A stretch of DNA of 64,000 nt from Alphaproteobacteria bacterium. GTDB lineage: Bacteria; Pseudomonadota; Alphaproteobacteria; JAUHZY01. The notes under the pieces were generated by a model. The model made no database searches and was not told the origin of the DNA. It saw only the letters and a program-made list of their open reading frames with translations. Within the stretch, counting starts at the first letter, position 1. Every line of letters begins with the position of its first letter. Location: NCBI GenBank assembly GCA_030425825.1, contig JAUHZY010000001.1, positions 512,551 through 576,550 on the forward strand, given 5' to 3'. Of the stretch, positions 10,039-20,188 are shown one piece after another. Both the position numbers and the translations under genes were made by a program.

Positions 10039-11241
10039 ATGAGCAAACTTGTCACATATTTAGAAAAAGTAAAAACATCAATGAGTTCAACCGTTTCTTC
10101 AAGAGAGATGATTTCAGATGATTTGTTTCAAGAAGGCTTAGAAGTCATGCCTGCCTTTTTTAAAGAGGATGACTTAACCGTTTTTGAGAATATTTACTCA
10201 AAATACATGCAGGAGATTTCTTCTTTTACAAGTATTCTTGCTGCGAAACTTTCATCCAGTCCAGAGAATAAAGATTATTATCCTTTTTTGATGACAGGCC
10301 TACAGAGCAAAAAGGATGATATGGCCTCTCAACAAGTTGCTCAAATCATGGGTGAGCTTGCATCGACTATGGTAAATAACAAGCTTAAAAAAGATCAACA
10401 AAAAGCTGTTGAGAAATTATTTGCAGATAATCTTTTGCTGCCAATGCTTTCGCGCCTTGAAAAAGGTAAGCCTTCCGTGATTGAAGATGCCATTCTTAAA
10501 GCTGCCATGAAATTGGCAGAAAATGGCTTGTTTGTTTCTGATATTAAAACAGGGTTAATGAATTTTTACCGTGTTCCTATTGCACGAAGCCAAATGACTA
10601 AAATACATAAAGATACTCAAAATTTTGTTGATAAAACATTGCAGCAAAAATTGATTGCTGGATTAACAGATCCTGATAGTTCAATTTACAAAAAATCCCA
10701 TGAAAGAATTAAGCGTGTTGTCTTGGATGAAATGAAAAGAGTGAGCACACAAAATAGTCCTTTTTTCGCAAAAAATCTTTATGAAGATTTGATGAATATC
10801 ACCTTGAAGGATGAGCCAAAAGGCGGTGCTTTTGTTGGCTTTATGAGGCGTTTCTTTGCAAAGCCAACAGCAAAAAATATGTCAGTAGAAAAGGCAAATG
10901 CGTATGACGTGATGCGCAGATTCATTGAAGAAAACCCGACACATCCTATCCTTTTAATGAAGGATGGCGCGTTGGATCGTTTACATAACGGTATCTATAT
11001 GCAAGTCGGACATCCATTGCGTCGATCAGTCGGCGTTGTGCTGGCGCCATATATCAAAAAGAAAAACCCATGGGGCCGTCGTCATGCCAGTTTCCGCGTA
11101 TACAATAATGTCTTAGGACCCAAAAGTCCTGTCGTCAGGTTAATTAATCATATGGATGACTTCGGAAAAGTAATGGGTATAAGTAGTGGTTCACACAAAG
11201 AGAAACAGTTTTCTTTGGTGAAAAATAATCGCGAAAGATGA
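10039..11241 (+). CDS. hypothetical protein (400 aa), first gene of a co-directional cluster
   Basis: ORF with helical composition. No known domain. Confidence 0.5.
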   Translation: MSKLVTYLEKVKTSMSSTVSSREMISDDLFQEGLEVMPAFFKEDDLTVFENIYSKYMQEISSFTSILAAKLSSSPENKDYYPFLMTGLQSKKDDMASQQVAQIMGELASTMVNNKLKKDQQKAVEKLFADNLLLPMLSRLEKGKPSVIEDAILKAAMKLAENGLFVSDIKTGLMNFYRVPIARSQMTKIHKDTQNFVDKTLQQKLIAGLTDPDSSIYKKSHERIKRVVLDEMKRVSTQNSPFFAKNLYEDLMNITLKDEPKGGAFVGFMRRFFAKPTAKNMSVEKANAYDVMRRFIEENPTHPILLMKDGALDRLHNGIYMQVGHPLRRSVGVVLAPYIKKKNPWGRRHASFRVYNNVLGPKSPVVRLINHMDDFGKVMGISSGSHKEKQFSLVKNNRER

Positions 11242-11333
11242 AGTTTTCCAATATAAAAAATAAGTTGACAGCTTTTGTGTTTTGATCTAAAAAGGATACA
11301 AATAAGAATCATCAAAATAAATCAGGGCTGGGA

Positions 11334-11603
11334 ATGACACTAGAAATGACAAGGCAATCTGACGTAAATCAATTTTTCTCTAATATTGGTATGGGAACAC
11401 GACAGGATGGTTTTGATAAGCCTTTAGTCGACCATATGATGGATGTCGTTGGCGGTTTTTTTGCAGATGATCAAGCACAAAAAGCACAAATTCAACTGGC
11501 ACAAAATGACAATAAACCTGCAATTTTTGAAGAGCTGTCACAAACAAGAAAGCAGACAGCAGGATCAGAATTTTTTAACACAAATATAAAGTCTAACGGA
11601 TAA
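11334..11603 (+). CDS. small hypothetical protein (89 aa)
   Basis: ORF within the co-directional cluster. Confidence 0.35.
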   Translation: MTLEMTRQSDVNQFFSNIGMGTRQDGFDKPLVDHMMDVVGGFFADDQAQKAQIQLAQNDNKPAIFEELSQTRKQTAGSEFFNTNIKSNG

Positions 11604-11615
11604 AGGAAATAAAAA

Positions 11616-13511
11616 ATGGCACAACGACAAATACAAACAATGGACAGGTTTCTAGACGCAATTGGTGTGACGCTGGACGAAAAGAGCTGGGACAAGGATA
11701 TAGAGTTCCACGCGCAGCAGTTTATAGGTAAAGATTTTGTGGATGTTTTGCCGCTTAGTCCACAATCATTAGACTTTAACGAGATGGCACAATACGTAGG
11801 TTCAGAAGTAGCAACGGGTGAGAAATTATCCATTTCTTATAAAGACCAGCAAGTGGCTTTTGCACCAGAAACAATCACGCTGATATCGGGCAGTAAAACA
11901 TACAAAATGCAGCAAAGTGTCGATGATAAGGGAACTCTTGTTATTTGGGACGCCGATCTGTCAATCGAAAATGTTGATCAAAATAGATTTATTATTAAAT
12001 ACGGCAAAACAAGTAGCGCAGATGAAGCTTTCTTTGCGCCGTCTTTTCACCAAAGAAAAGGGGATGAGTATACAGAGCTGCGTACAAAGAAGCTGGCAGA
12101 TGGCTTTTATAATATTGATGCACCTGTGATTGAAAAGTACACGGTCAAAGACGGCGCCAAACAGATCACAGCAACATATCGCTTTGATGATGATGGGCTT
12201 GTCGAGTATAAAACTGATAAAGAGCATTTTGTATATGAACAAGACTTTTCTTCTATTACTAAAGATGGTTCTGAGTACAAATTACTTTATCAAGATGGTG
12301 ATTCATATATCGAAGAGAGCCATCCAGATTACACAGTCGTTTACCGCGCCAATGATGAAAAAAAGGTTGTAAGCTTTACGCAAAGTGATGATAGCGGCGT
12401 GATACGCTTTCAGGAAATTATGGCAGATTTGTCAGCGCGCGGTATTGAGTTGGAAGCTCAAGCACCAGAAAAAATAGCGTATACTTTCGCAGATGTTATC
12501 GCAGTGAATCAGTCTTATTTTGAAGACGGTCAGCAAGGTGAGTATCAACATATTGAAAAAGCAGGAACCCACTTCTTTACAACACCTCAGGTGGAAATTA
12601 CATTCAAAGATGGAGATGATTTTTACACCATTAATAATAAAGGCCTCAAAGAAATAAGACAAGTGGACCTAGAAACAAGTTATCCCAATAAAACAGTAAA
12701 AGAGTATGACTCTTTGAACGAGGCGTTGGAAAGAATGCCAAGTGATTTGACAAAAAGTGATAAGCTTTATTTAAACATGGTTGAAAAAACACCTGTTGTT
12801 GAAGGCGCTCATACGCTTCCTTACACTGTTGAAAAAGAATTTAAAGGCCAACAACTTACAAAAGCAACGCTGTCTCGTGATAGCGAAAAAGTTTTTTCTG
12901 TTGGATATGATGGTAAAAGCGAAATGCGTTACAAGGAAATGCCAGGACGTAAAGTCATTCCTATGTTTTCTTCATACAGAGAAACGTTCACGCAGACACT
13001 TCAAAATGGGCGTGTTTTAAGAGGTGAATTGACTTATGATAAGAAAAAAAATCTAGATAATCTCAGTATGACATGGGATGTTGGAAAAAGTAGTAAAGAA
13101 AAAAAATGGGACTTTGCCGTTAGTTTAGGGTTTTCTTTTGAAGACATTACACAAAAGCCAGTTGCTTTCGTCGATAAAGTTGTTCAGTTTTTAATACCAA
13201 GAAATATCAAGCGTCCTGTTTTTGGTTATGCTGATGAGATCTTAGAGTTCGCAAAATTGACAGGTGTTAAGGGGGTTCCAGAAAATAACGCAGTCGATCA
13301 ATATAAGAAGAAAAAGAAAACAGGTTTCCTTGGGAAGCTGGCATTGCTGACAGCAGCACTCAGCTTGAATGCAGCGCAGCTTCAGTCAAACAATATTGGC
13401 AATGACAATCTCGCGTTGTTGGGTGATATGGCTAAAGAAACAGGTGTCGAGGGCGTCAATAAGAACGCTGGAACACAGATATCAGCATTTAATCAAAAAA
13501 CAATGGCATAA
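11616..13511 (+). CDS. hypothetical protein with YD-like beta-hairpin repeats and a hydrophobic C-terminal tail (631 aa)
   Basis: Repeated xYxFxDDGxxEY motifs (TYRFDDDGLVEYK, LLYQDGDSYIEE, EITFKDGDDFYTI). C-terminal FLGKLALLTAALSLNAAQLQ. Confidence 0.55.
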   Translation: MAQRQIQTMDRFLDAIGVTLDEKSWDKDIEFHAQQFIGKDFVDVLPLSPQSLDFNEMAQYVGSEVATGEKLSISYKDQQVAFAPETITLISGSKTYKMQQSVDDKGTLVIWDADLSIENVDQNRFIIKYGKTSSADEAFFAPSFHQRKGDEYTELRTKKLADGFYNIDAPVIEKYTVKDGAKQITATYRFDDDGLVEYKTDKEHFVYEQDFSSITKDGSEYKLLYQDGDSYIEESHPDYTVVYRANDEKKVVSFTQSDDSGVIRFQEIMADLSARGIELEAQAPEKIAYTFADVIAVNQSYFEDGQQGEYQHIEKAGTHFFTTPQVEITFKDGDDFYTINNKGLKEIRQVDLETSYPNKTVKEYDSLNEALERMPSDLTKSDKLYLNMVEKTPVVEGAHTLPYTVEKEFKGQQLTKATLSRDSEKVFSVGYDGKSEMRYKEMPGRKVIPMFSSYRETFTQTLQNGRVLRGELTYDKKKNLDNLSMTWDVGKSSKEKKWDFAVSLGFSFEDITQKPVAFVDKVVQFLIPRNIKRPVFGYADEILEFAKLTGVKGVPENNAVDQYKKKKKTGFLGKLALLTAALSLNAAQLQSNNIGNDNLALLGDMAKETGVEGVNKNAGTQISAFNQKTMA

Positions 13512-13523
13512 AGGAGTTATAAA

Positions 13524-14039
13524 ATGCATTCAGATAACCATCAAAAGGCACAAGAATTTATCGTTGGTGTAGGGTATAAGCCCAGTGTGGATCTAACAGA
13601 AAAACTAGAACAGTTTCTAGGTGATTTACCAACAAGAAATGGAAATGAAGTTTTAGAGCGTGAAGGTGTTCGCTATATAATTCGTGAGGGCGTTGAAGAC
13701 GTTGCTGGTAACACAGTTTCAACAGTTAAAAAGTTTGATAAAGGAAGCCTCACTGAAGAGTATCGTTTTACTAATCAGAAATTGGCTGAATACAAGATCT
13801 ATGAAAATGAAAACACGCTAGAATCTTTTAAAATTGATGCTGATGGAAATTGTCAGTTTGCTCAAAATGGTCAAAAACTGATCTTTAAAACATCAGGGGA
13901 CTACGTTATTTCCAATCGTGTTGTTGCACACAATGAACCATCGACTCTGTTTGAAGAAATCAAAGAAACAGGTGCCCGTTATGGTCTTGATGTTGAGGCA
14001 GGTTTCATAAATCACGCTAAAGAGCAAGTTAATGGATAA
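13524..14039 (+). CDS. hypothetical protein, paralogous repeat family (171 aa)
   Basis: EEYRFTNQKLAEYKIYENENTLE motif shared with neighbouring genes. Confidence 0.5.
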   Translation: MHSDNHQKAQEFIVGVGYKPSVDLTEKLEQFLGDLPTRNGNEVLEREGVRYIIREGVEDVAGNTVSTVKKFDKGSLTEEYRFTNQKLAEYKIYENENTLESFKIDADGNCQFAQNGQKLIFKTSGDYVISNRVVAHNEPSTLFEEIKETGARYGLDVEAGFINHAKEQVNG

Positions 14040-15177
14040 TCAACTGACACGAGAAGAAAAAACATTCATGCGGTTTATTAACCACCATAACCTGCGTGAG
14101 TTCCATCGTGTCGCATTAAATATGTTTGGCTTAAGAAGAGACCCAAAGATCAAACAATTTTTAATTGATTTAGCTGACAGAGGTTACAAAACGCATGCGC
14201 GTGAAGGTGAGAATGGAAAGAACACAATTACTTTCAAGCATGGAGATGAAGAAATCATGTTTGAAAAGCAAGAGCATGGCTTGCTTGCTGAATTAAAAGA
14301 AAAAAAGCCAGTGCCGCGTGTTTTCCAAAAACTATCTTATACAAAATATGACGATCAGCTTGTTGATTCATTGGACGATTTTTTATCAGCAGATGATTTA
14401 AGTATGCTCGGCGATAAAATAAGTAATGCAGAAGGATTTATCGTCAGAAAAACATATCTGCCCGAAGCATATCAAAATAAAACAGCATTTTTAACAAGAA
14501 CAAAAAAGGGCGATAAAACAGTCGTAAGAAATGTTTTTGCCCTGTATCATGATACAGGAACAAATGCTATTGTTAAAAAAGCAATGGGGTCTCGCCGTAC
14601 TTTTTTCAATGAAGACCAAAGCATTGTTGACGTTTTTTCAAAACCTATTAACAAAAAGAATGTGATCGTTCTTTTTCAATATAAAGAAATTAATGGGCAG
14701 AAACATCTTAAGTCATGCCAGATTATGATCAAGGACCCTGTTTCGGGAAAAACCTTGATGTCATTGGATGCAGTTAAAAACAAGTCTCTGGAAAGCTTGT
14801 TAAGCAGTGCAAAGCAACAAAAATGGCGTGATGAACTATTGCGCGGCGCCGCGTTTTCAAACGATGAAAAAGACAAAATTATTGCCCATGCGCAAGAGTC
14901 ATTAGAATTAGTCACTTCTCAAGGCGTTAAATTGCCTTTACCTAAGAAGGTAGAAATGCCTGCTTTTATGAAGGTAGTGGGGGTATTTGTTCTTATGTCT
15001 TTCGGCTTTGCATCTTTTGCAAAACCACAGGTGCAGAAGCTGCCTAAATCACAATCTTATGGGGTTGCTGTGAATGATAATCCTGTCGATATGAAGCTTT
15101 TAAAGGCGGCTTCTTTTGATGGCGCTCATTTCTCTACACAACAAGATAAGCCATCAAGCCAATTTAAGGCGCGATAA
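14032..15177 (+). CDS. hypothetical protein with a C-terminal hydrophobic tail (381 aa)
   Basis: C-terminal MPAFMKVVGVFVLMSFGFASFAKPQVQKLP. Start overlaps the preceding stop codon. Confidence 0.5.
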   Translation: MDNQLTREEKTFMRFINHHNLREFHRVALNMFGLRRDPKIKQFLIDLADRGYKTHAREGENGKNTITFKHGDEEIMFEKQEHGLLAELKEKKPVPRVFQKLSYTKYDDQLVDSLDDFLSADDLSMLGDKISNAEGFIVRKTYLPEAYQNKTAFLTRTKKGDKTVVRNVFALYHDTGTNAIVKKAMGSRRTFFNEDQSIVDVFSKPINKKNVIVLFQYKEINGQKHLKSCQIMIKDPVSGKTLMSLDAVKNKSLESLLSSAKQQKWRDELLRGAAFSNDEKDKIIAHAQESLELVTSQGVKLPLPKKVEMPAFMKVVGVFVLMSFGFASFAKPQVQKLPKSQSYGVAVNDNPVDMKLLKAASFDGAHFSTQQDKPSSQFKAR

Positions 15178-15178
15178 G

Positions 15179-16720
15179 ATGGACGCAAGAATTAAAAAGA
15201 TTGTTGCGATAGAAAAAGCAAACCCAAAAGCTGTTTTCTTTGATGACACGCCAGCGGAAATCACAACGGATTTTGAGAACATATTGTGGGAACACGGTAT
15301 GTTGGATGTGTTCAAAAATGCTGAAAAATACCTGGTAACTTCGCTGTTCGATCAAGAAGACGATGCAATTGCTGAATACGAATATAACAACGTGCCATTT
15401 TCTAGCATTTTCCCTGACGAAGATAACGACACAGATGCCCAAGTAGTGTCAGTACGCGACAAGAAGTGGCCAGAAGGCATGCGTGTTCTGTTGCGCTTTC
15501 AAGGAGATGATTTAGATTATATTCATTTGAAGCGTAGCGATGGAAACAAAGCCTATGCTATGCGTGATAACAAGGAAAGCGGATGGATGTTCAACGAATT
15601 CATGCGCCCAGAAACAACAGGACTAAGCGCTGTTTATCAGTTTTCTCCAGAGGGAGGCGTGACGTCTTATACTTTTTTTGATGAAAAGTCTCTTATGCTG
15701 GCGACAGAAAAATATACTTTTGATGGGGACAAGCTATCGCTGGAAGTAGATGGGAAGTCATATAGCATCGAGCATGATGCGCAAGATGCTACTTATTTCA
15801 ATGCAGATACATTGTACAAAGTTGAAGATATCAAGGCGAACAGTTATGTTTTGAAAGCGTTTGCTGATACAGCGCGAGGCCTTAATGTTCAAAGGATCGC
15901 TGCTGGCGTCCAAGAAACATATTCTTCTGTTGCGCCTTTAAAAGGCATAATCCCTGAAGATGACATTGCTTACATGGAAAAAATCAATGTTACAGGGCCG
16001 CTAAGCGTATTAAAAATCAGTGCTGCCTATTCTTTTGGCATCACGATCAAGGGAATGCAAGATGGCGCTGCGTTCACATATGAATCTCTGTTCTCGCCAG
16101 ATTTGAGGGTGGAAAGTTTTAGAGAGATAAAAGGTGAAAATGTATATCGTCTTGTTAAAAAAGGTGATTCTGGTCATATAAAAGAAGAAATTCAGCACGC
16201 TATTGTGAAGGGAAATTCAAAGCTTGATTTTTATTATAGGAAAGAAGGGACATCACAAAACTTGCGCTATGTTCTTTTTGATCTTAGCGGTATTCGTTCT
16301 CCGGTGACATTCTCTTATGATGGAAGTGACGTGACGGAAAAAATATCACAAAAAAGAGCGCAATGGCAGAAAGGTTTTGAAGCTTTTACCTCAAAAAAGG
16401 AGGCCAAAGAGCTTGGTGATGAGATGTATAAAATGCTGGTTGATAAGAAAGATCGCATGGTAAAGAAAAGGCGCAATATCATAGAGTATGTCAAAGGAGC
16501 GAATGGTTTTTTAAGGCCACTTGCCCTGTTCATCGCCATGATTCCAGCAATGGCAGCCTTCGGAAAAGCGAAAGCGCAACCTTTGCCTTATAAGCAGCCC
16601 GTTATCAAAAATGTTTTAAATGATAATACGCCACATATTATTGGTCTTGATGAAGTAGGGCGCTCAGGAGTCGCATATTTTGATGTTAAAAAAGGATATG
16701 AAAATGTTTACAGCAAATGA
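15179..16720 (+). CDS. hypothetical protein, paralogous repeat family with a C-terminal hydrophobic tail (513 aa)
   Basis: KYTFDGDKLSLEVDGKSYSIEHD motif. C-terminal FLRPLALFIAMIPAMAAFGKAKAQPLP. Start at 15179 is chosen because it abuts the upstream stop; the ORF-track start at 15116 would overlap the previous gene. Confidence 0.5.
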   Translation: MDARIKKIVAIEKANPKAVFFDDTPAEITTDFENILWEHGMLDVFKNAEKYLVTSLFDQEDDAIAEYEYNNVPFSSIFPDEDNDTDAQVVSVRDKKWPEGMRVLLRFQGDDLDYIHLKRSDGNKAYAMRDNKESGWMFNEFMRPETTGLSAVYQFSPEGGVTSYTFFDEKSLMLATEKYTFDGDKLSLEVDGKSYSIEHDAQDATYFNADTLYKVEDIKANSYVLKAFADTARGLNVQRIAAGVQETYSSVAPLKGIIPEDDIAYMEKINVTGPLSVLKISAAYSFGITIKGMQDGAAFTYESLFSPDLRVESFREIKGENVYRLVKKGDSGHIKEEIQHAIVKGNSKLDFYYRKEGTSQNLRYVLFDLSGIRSPVTFSYDGSDVTEKISQKRAQWQKGFEAFTSKKEAKELGDEMYKMLVDKKDRMVKKRRNIIEYVKGANGFLRPLALFIAMIPAMAAFGKAKAQPLPYKQPVIKNVLNDNTPHIIGLDEVGRSGVAYFDVKKGYENVYSK

Positions 16721-17645
16721 TGCAGAACAAATCTTGGTCAAAGCAGGGTTTGATATGCAAGAACCTTATTCTGAATTGAATGACTTTATTGCTTGTGAAG
16801 GCTTTAAAAAAATAACAGTTGGCGACCTTAATGGTATTGATGACATTATTTTAAAGCATCGCGCAGAAGGGTACGGTGTTGTTGTCAAATACACGCCAGA
16901 CCAAAAAGGTTTTTGCGCGATACGCAATTATGATGATGGCAGAAAGCAAGAATATCGTTTCGGACACGATGGCAAGGCATTAGGCTTTGAGTATTCTGAA
17001 AACAATAAAGTGACAGCATATTTGATTTGCTCGAATGAAGATGATGATGACTTTAGGCTTGGTCAACAGACACTGGATGACACAATCGTGCCGCCACGCG
17101 ACAATTCGTATTTGTTTGAATTTAAAAATGAAAAAAATGGAGAAGAAGCGATTTTCTTTGTTTCGGAAGGCAAAAAAGAACCAGACGTTATTTCATTAAA
17201 ACAGAAAAACTATCAAGTTGATTATGGTCCTAATGGCGAGCTGTGGAATTTTGACTTAAAGAAGAAAGACAGAACATTCCCTGTTGTTATCAAAAATGGT
17301 GAAGCTGTCAGCGTTAGGAAAGCAGGATCAAATCTTAGTGAGGCTTTGTATGATGCAGAATGCGCAGCACATCGATTAAAAGACCTAGGTATTAGAATGC
17401 CGCAGAGCTTGAATCAGAACATTTTTGCTTATGTTTTTAATGGGTTAGTAAATCTTGTGCGTCCAAAATCTGCGATGACAAGTGTGCTTGTCGTAGGAGC
17501 ATTTAACGCAAATGCCACACGCGTTGAAATGCCTGAAATATCACAAGGTATTGCTTGCCAAGCATATGATCAAACGTCACAGCAAGATAATGTTCAAGAT
17601 GCAAAATCTGTCAATTATCCCATGTCACGCGATCGTACTTTGTAA
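16698..17645 (+). CDS. hypothetical protein, paralogous repeat family (about 315 aa)
   Basis: EYRFGHDGKALGFEYSENNKVTAY motif. The start (16680, 16698 or 16704) is ambiguous. Confidence 0.45.
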   Translation: MKMFTANDAEQILVKAGFDMQEPYSELNDFIACEGFKKITVGDLNGIDDIILKHRAEGYGVVVKYTPDQKGFCAIRNYDDGRKQEYRFGHDGKALGFEYSENNKVTAYLICSNEDDDDFRLGQQTLDDTIVPPRDNSYLFEFKNEKNGEEAIFFVSEGKKEPDVISLKQKNYQVDYGPNGELWNFDLKKKDRTFPVVIKNGEAVSVRKAGSNLSEALYDAECAAHRLKDLGIRMPQSLNQNIFAYVFNGLVNLVRPKSAMTSVLVVGAFNANATRVEMPEISQGIACQAYDQTSQQDNVQDAKSVNYPMSRDRTL

Positions 17646-17673
17646 GCATATCTTTGCGTTTCTCATGCTGAAG

Positions 17674-18183
17674 TTAGATCAAGCCATAATACATTGCTAA
17701 ATGTTCAAGGGCCAGGCGCAGTGTTGTCATACCTTCGATTTGGGCTGTGCGTCCTTTGCGTCCTTTCAAAGTGGCCCAATCACCCGCAGTATCTTCTAGA
17801 CAACAAACATGTATCAAGATAGGAGACAATGCGCGCCCTATATCTCGGATTGTTGTGCGAAAGCGTTCTTGTGCTTCTAGTCGTGACTCGGTTTCTGATC
17901 CTTGGCTGCTTGCCAGGCGTCCTGTCATAAGTGTTTTATAGCTTGCCGTCATTTTGGGCGATAAGCCTGCATAAAGAAAATCAGCATGCAGTTTTTTGCC
18001 GGCTTCATATTGAAACTTTGTAATTTGGTCGCGGCGGAAATAGCGTTCTAATGGCGCAGATGTCATATTTCTTGCGCGGCTTTGACCATTTTTAGGGGTC
18101 TCTACAATCATCTCAAAATGTTGTGCCATATATGCGCTGCCGTAATCATTTGCGTGAGATTGTATATGGGGTGTATGGGACAT
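17674..18183 (-). CDS. hypothetical protein (169 aa), phage-like early region
   Basis: ORF in a minus-strand block that also contains an XRE regulator. Confidence 0.4.
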   Translation of the reverse strand: MSHTPHIQSHANDYGSAYMAQHFEMIVETPKNGQSRARNMTSAPLERYFRRDQITKFQYEAGKKLHADFLYAGLSPKMTASYKTLMTGRLASSQGSETESRLEAQERFRTTIRDIGRALSPILIHVCCLEDTAGDWATLKGRKGRTAQIEGMTTLRLALEHLAMYYGLI

Positions 18184-18241
18184 TTCATTCTCCTTTTGGT
18201 TTCGTCTTCAGATGCCAGCATGGCTTTGTTATGTGCGGGGT

Positions 18242-18835
18242 TTATGCCTTTTTAATATCAAAATCTAACTCGCGGACCATGGGGTAGTGCTTGCGAATGA
18301 TTAAAAGGAGCAAGTCCCCGTAATTTGTTTGGCACCACCGGCGGTTTAGGTCTTTATCAAATTGTAATACGGCATTTTCACCTGTGATTTTCAAATGTGC
18401 TTTTTGCAACCAGCTGCGAAACTTTGCGATTTCTAAATGCTCGAGCAAGTCGCGTTTCCATGGTTCAGAAATGCTTTCAGGTTGTATGCGGGTTTGATGG
18501 ACTTGGCAAGCTTCCACAATTTTGCCAACAGTGGGCCAGCGATACGTTGTGTTTTCTTTTACAACGTCTCGCCAACCTTGACGGAGCGCGTCATGAGGGA
18601 TATGCGAAAGGGCCTCAATATACGCGTTGGCGATAATGGCAGATTGCTGATTCAATTCTTTTTCATCAGCCATGATAGGGGGGTAATACATAATCAGCAT
18701 TTCAAGCAAAACAGTATCCCAAATTTTTTGCAGTTTTTCTTTGTCCAAGCAAAGAGATTCTAAAAGACGTTTTGTCGTCATAAGATCAGGTTTATAGCGG
18801 ACCCTATGTGATTTTGCGGTAGATTTCAAAGTCAT
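18242..18835 (-). CDS. hypothetical protein (197 aa)
   Basis: ORF only. Confidence 0.4.
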   Translation of the reverse strand: MTLKSTAKSHRVRYKPDLMTTKRLLESLCLDKEKLQKIWDTVLLEMLIMYYPPIMADEKELNQQSAIIANAYIEALSHIPHDALRQGWRDVVKENTTYRWPTVGKIVEACQVHQTRIQPESISEPWKRDLLEHLEIAKFRSWLQKAHLKITGENAVLQFDKDLNRRWCQTNYGDLLLLIIRKHYPMVRELDFDIKKA

Positions 18836-19376
18836 TGATTTCCTCCTTTACGGCATGATCTGTATTTATATTTTTATAAGTATCTTCTTTATGTATTGTG
18901 CGTTTGTTTGTGTGTGAGTTTGTGTTTGATGACGTGTTCGAGCGCCTTGCCATTGCTGTCATTGGCGCAGTTGATAATCTGTGTGAATCATTGTGTGCAG
19001 GTTTGAAAAGGTGATCCTTATAATCTGTAATTGTTAAAACCGTTCCCTGCACTTTGTGTGCGTCTAAACTTGCAAGGTTGCTTTGTTGAATGCGCTTTAA
19101 AAACATGCGTGCTTTGTGCTCGGTAATATCAAATAAAGAAGCAATAAGGCGCGATGTAATATAAAGTTGACCTGCTTTTAGCTGGATGACGCGTGTCGAA
19201 GGCTGGGTAAGAGAAATCTCAAAGTCTTCCCAAGCCGCCATTTCGCATATCCACCCCCAAATTGCAGATTCGGTCATGTCTTTGAAAATGGGATTATACC
19301 ATTTGTCTCGAAATGTCTTTGTGAAACCACGACGTGGATAATAAGGAGGTGGTAACGGCTTTTTATAATACATCAT
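18804..19376 (-). CDS. hypothetical protein with a possible winged-helix DNA-binding segment (190 aa); possible phage replication-associated protein
   Basis: GQLYITSRLIASLFDITEHKARMFLKRIQQ resembles HTH segments of phage replication initiators. The match is weak. Confidence 0.35.
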   Translation of the reverse strand: MMYYKKPLPPPYYPRRGFTKTFRDKWYNPIFKDMTESAIWGWICEMAAWEDFEISLTQPSTRVIQLKAGQLYITSRLIASLFDITEHKARMFLKRIQQSNLASLDAHKVQGTVLTITDYKDHLFKPAHNDSHRLSTAPMTAMARRSNTSSNTNSHTNKRTIHKEDTYKNINTDHAVKEEINDFEIYRKIT

Positions 19377-19382
19377 CTGCCC

Positions 19383-19625
19383 CTAGTCGTTGCGTTCGCG
19401 CAGTAATAAGTCATAACCCAGTGCATTTACGCAGGCTTCAAAGTTCATCAAATTAGGCGTGCCATTCCCGTGTTCCCAAATCAGAACGGCGTTTCTATTA
19501 AGCCCTGCATGTTTTGCCAGTCTCTCTTGAGAAACATTCTTTTTTTTGCGAAGCTCATGAAGCTTGCGTATAAGAGGGTGGTTACTTTTGCAGATACCGC
19601 GCTTTTTTGTGTTTTTTTGAGTCAT
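19383..19625 (-). CDS. XRE-family (Cro/CI-type) HTH transcriptional regulator
   Basis: KKNVSQERLAKHAGLNRNAVLIWEHGNGTPNLMNFEACVNALGYDL is a canonical HTH_XRE pattern. 80 aa. Confidence 0.65.
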   Translation of the reverse strand: MTQKNTKKRGICKSNHPLIRKLHELRKKKNVSQERLAKHAGLNRNAVLIWEHGNGTPNLMNFEACVNALGYDLLLRERND

Positions 19626-19884
19626 TTAAGACCTCCTCTGTTTGATAGGTTAAGTAGTCTCGCCAGTGGTGGCGATAGTTAAGAAAAGATTTTTTTAATC
19701 CTTCTTTTAGTAGATCTTCTTCTTCAGGAGACAAACAGCATTTCTTCAAAAAGCGTAAATTATGAATATTTTTTATGATCTCAGATTTCCACATTTTTGC
19801 CATAACTTGAGATTTATAGCCTTTGTGTTGCCCGCTTAGGTGGCGTGGAATGCGTCCGTCATATTTTAAACTTAATGTGTTCAT
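19582..19884 (-). CDS. hypothetical protein (100 aa)
   Basis: ORF overlapping the XRE gene start. Uncertain. Confidence 0.3.
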   Translation of the reverse strand: MNTLSLKYDGRIPRHLSGQHKGYKSQVMAKMWKSEIIKNIHNLRFLKKCCLSPEEEDLLKEGLKKSFLNYRHHWRDYLTYQTEEVLNDSKKHKKARYLQK

Positions 19885-20188
19885 ATCCTTCTTCCTTGAG
19901 CAACAAATTGCAATAAATGCAACCTGCGCGTCAAGAGAAAATGACTATGACCGTATAAGTTTCAAAATGTAAATAATAAAGAATATTTGTTACTTATATA
20001 TTAAATATCAACTACTTAAAGTTAAGACTTTATTGTGATGTTTAAGATGTTTTCCTATAAAAAGCAGGGGAACTTTTTTTATACAATTTCATTTTGCGCA
20101 ATTTATAATTGTATAAATTTCATAGTGAGATAAAATATTTCTTAATTTGAGAATTCATGTTCTTGGATAGGTTTGCTGGGAATAGGGG

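Noticed and set aside
15116-15178. Upstream extension of the 15179 CDS overlapping the previous gene
   Set aside because: The ATG at 15179 immediately follows the upstream stop, consistent with the tight spacing of the rest of the cluster.
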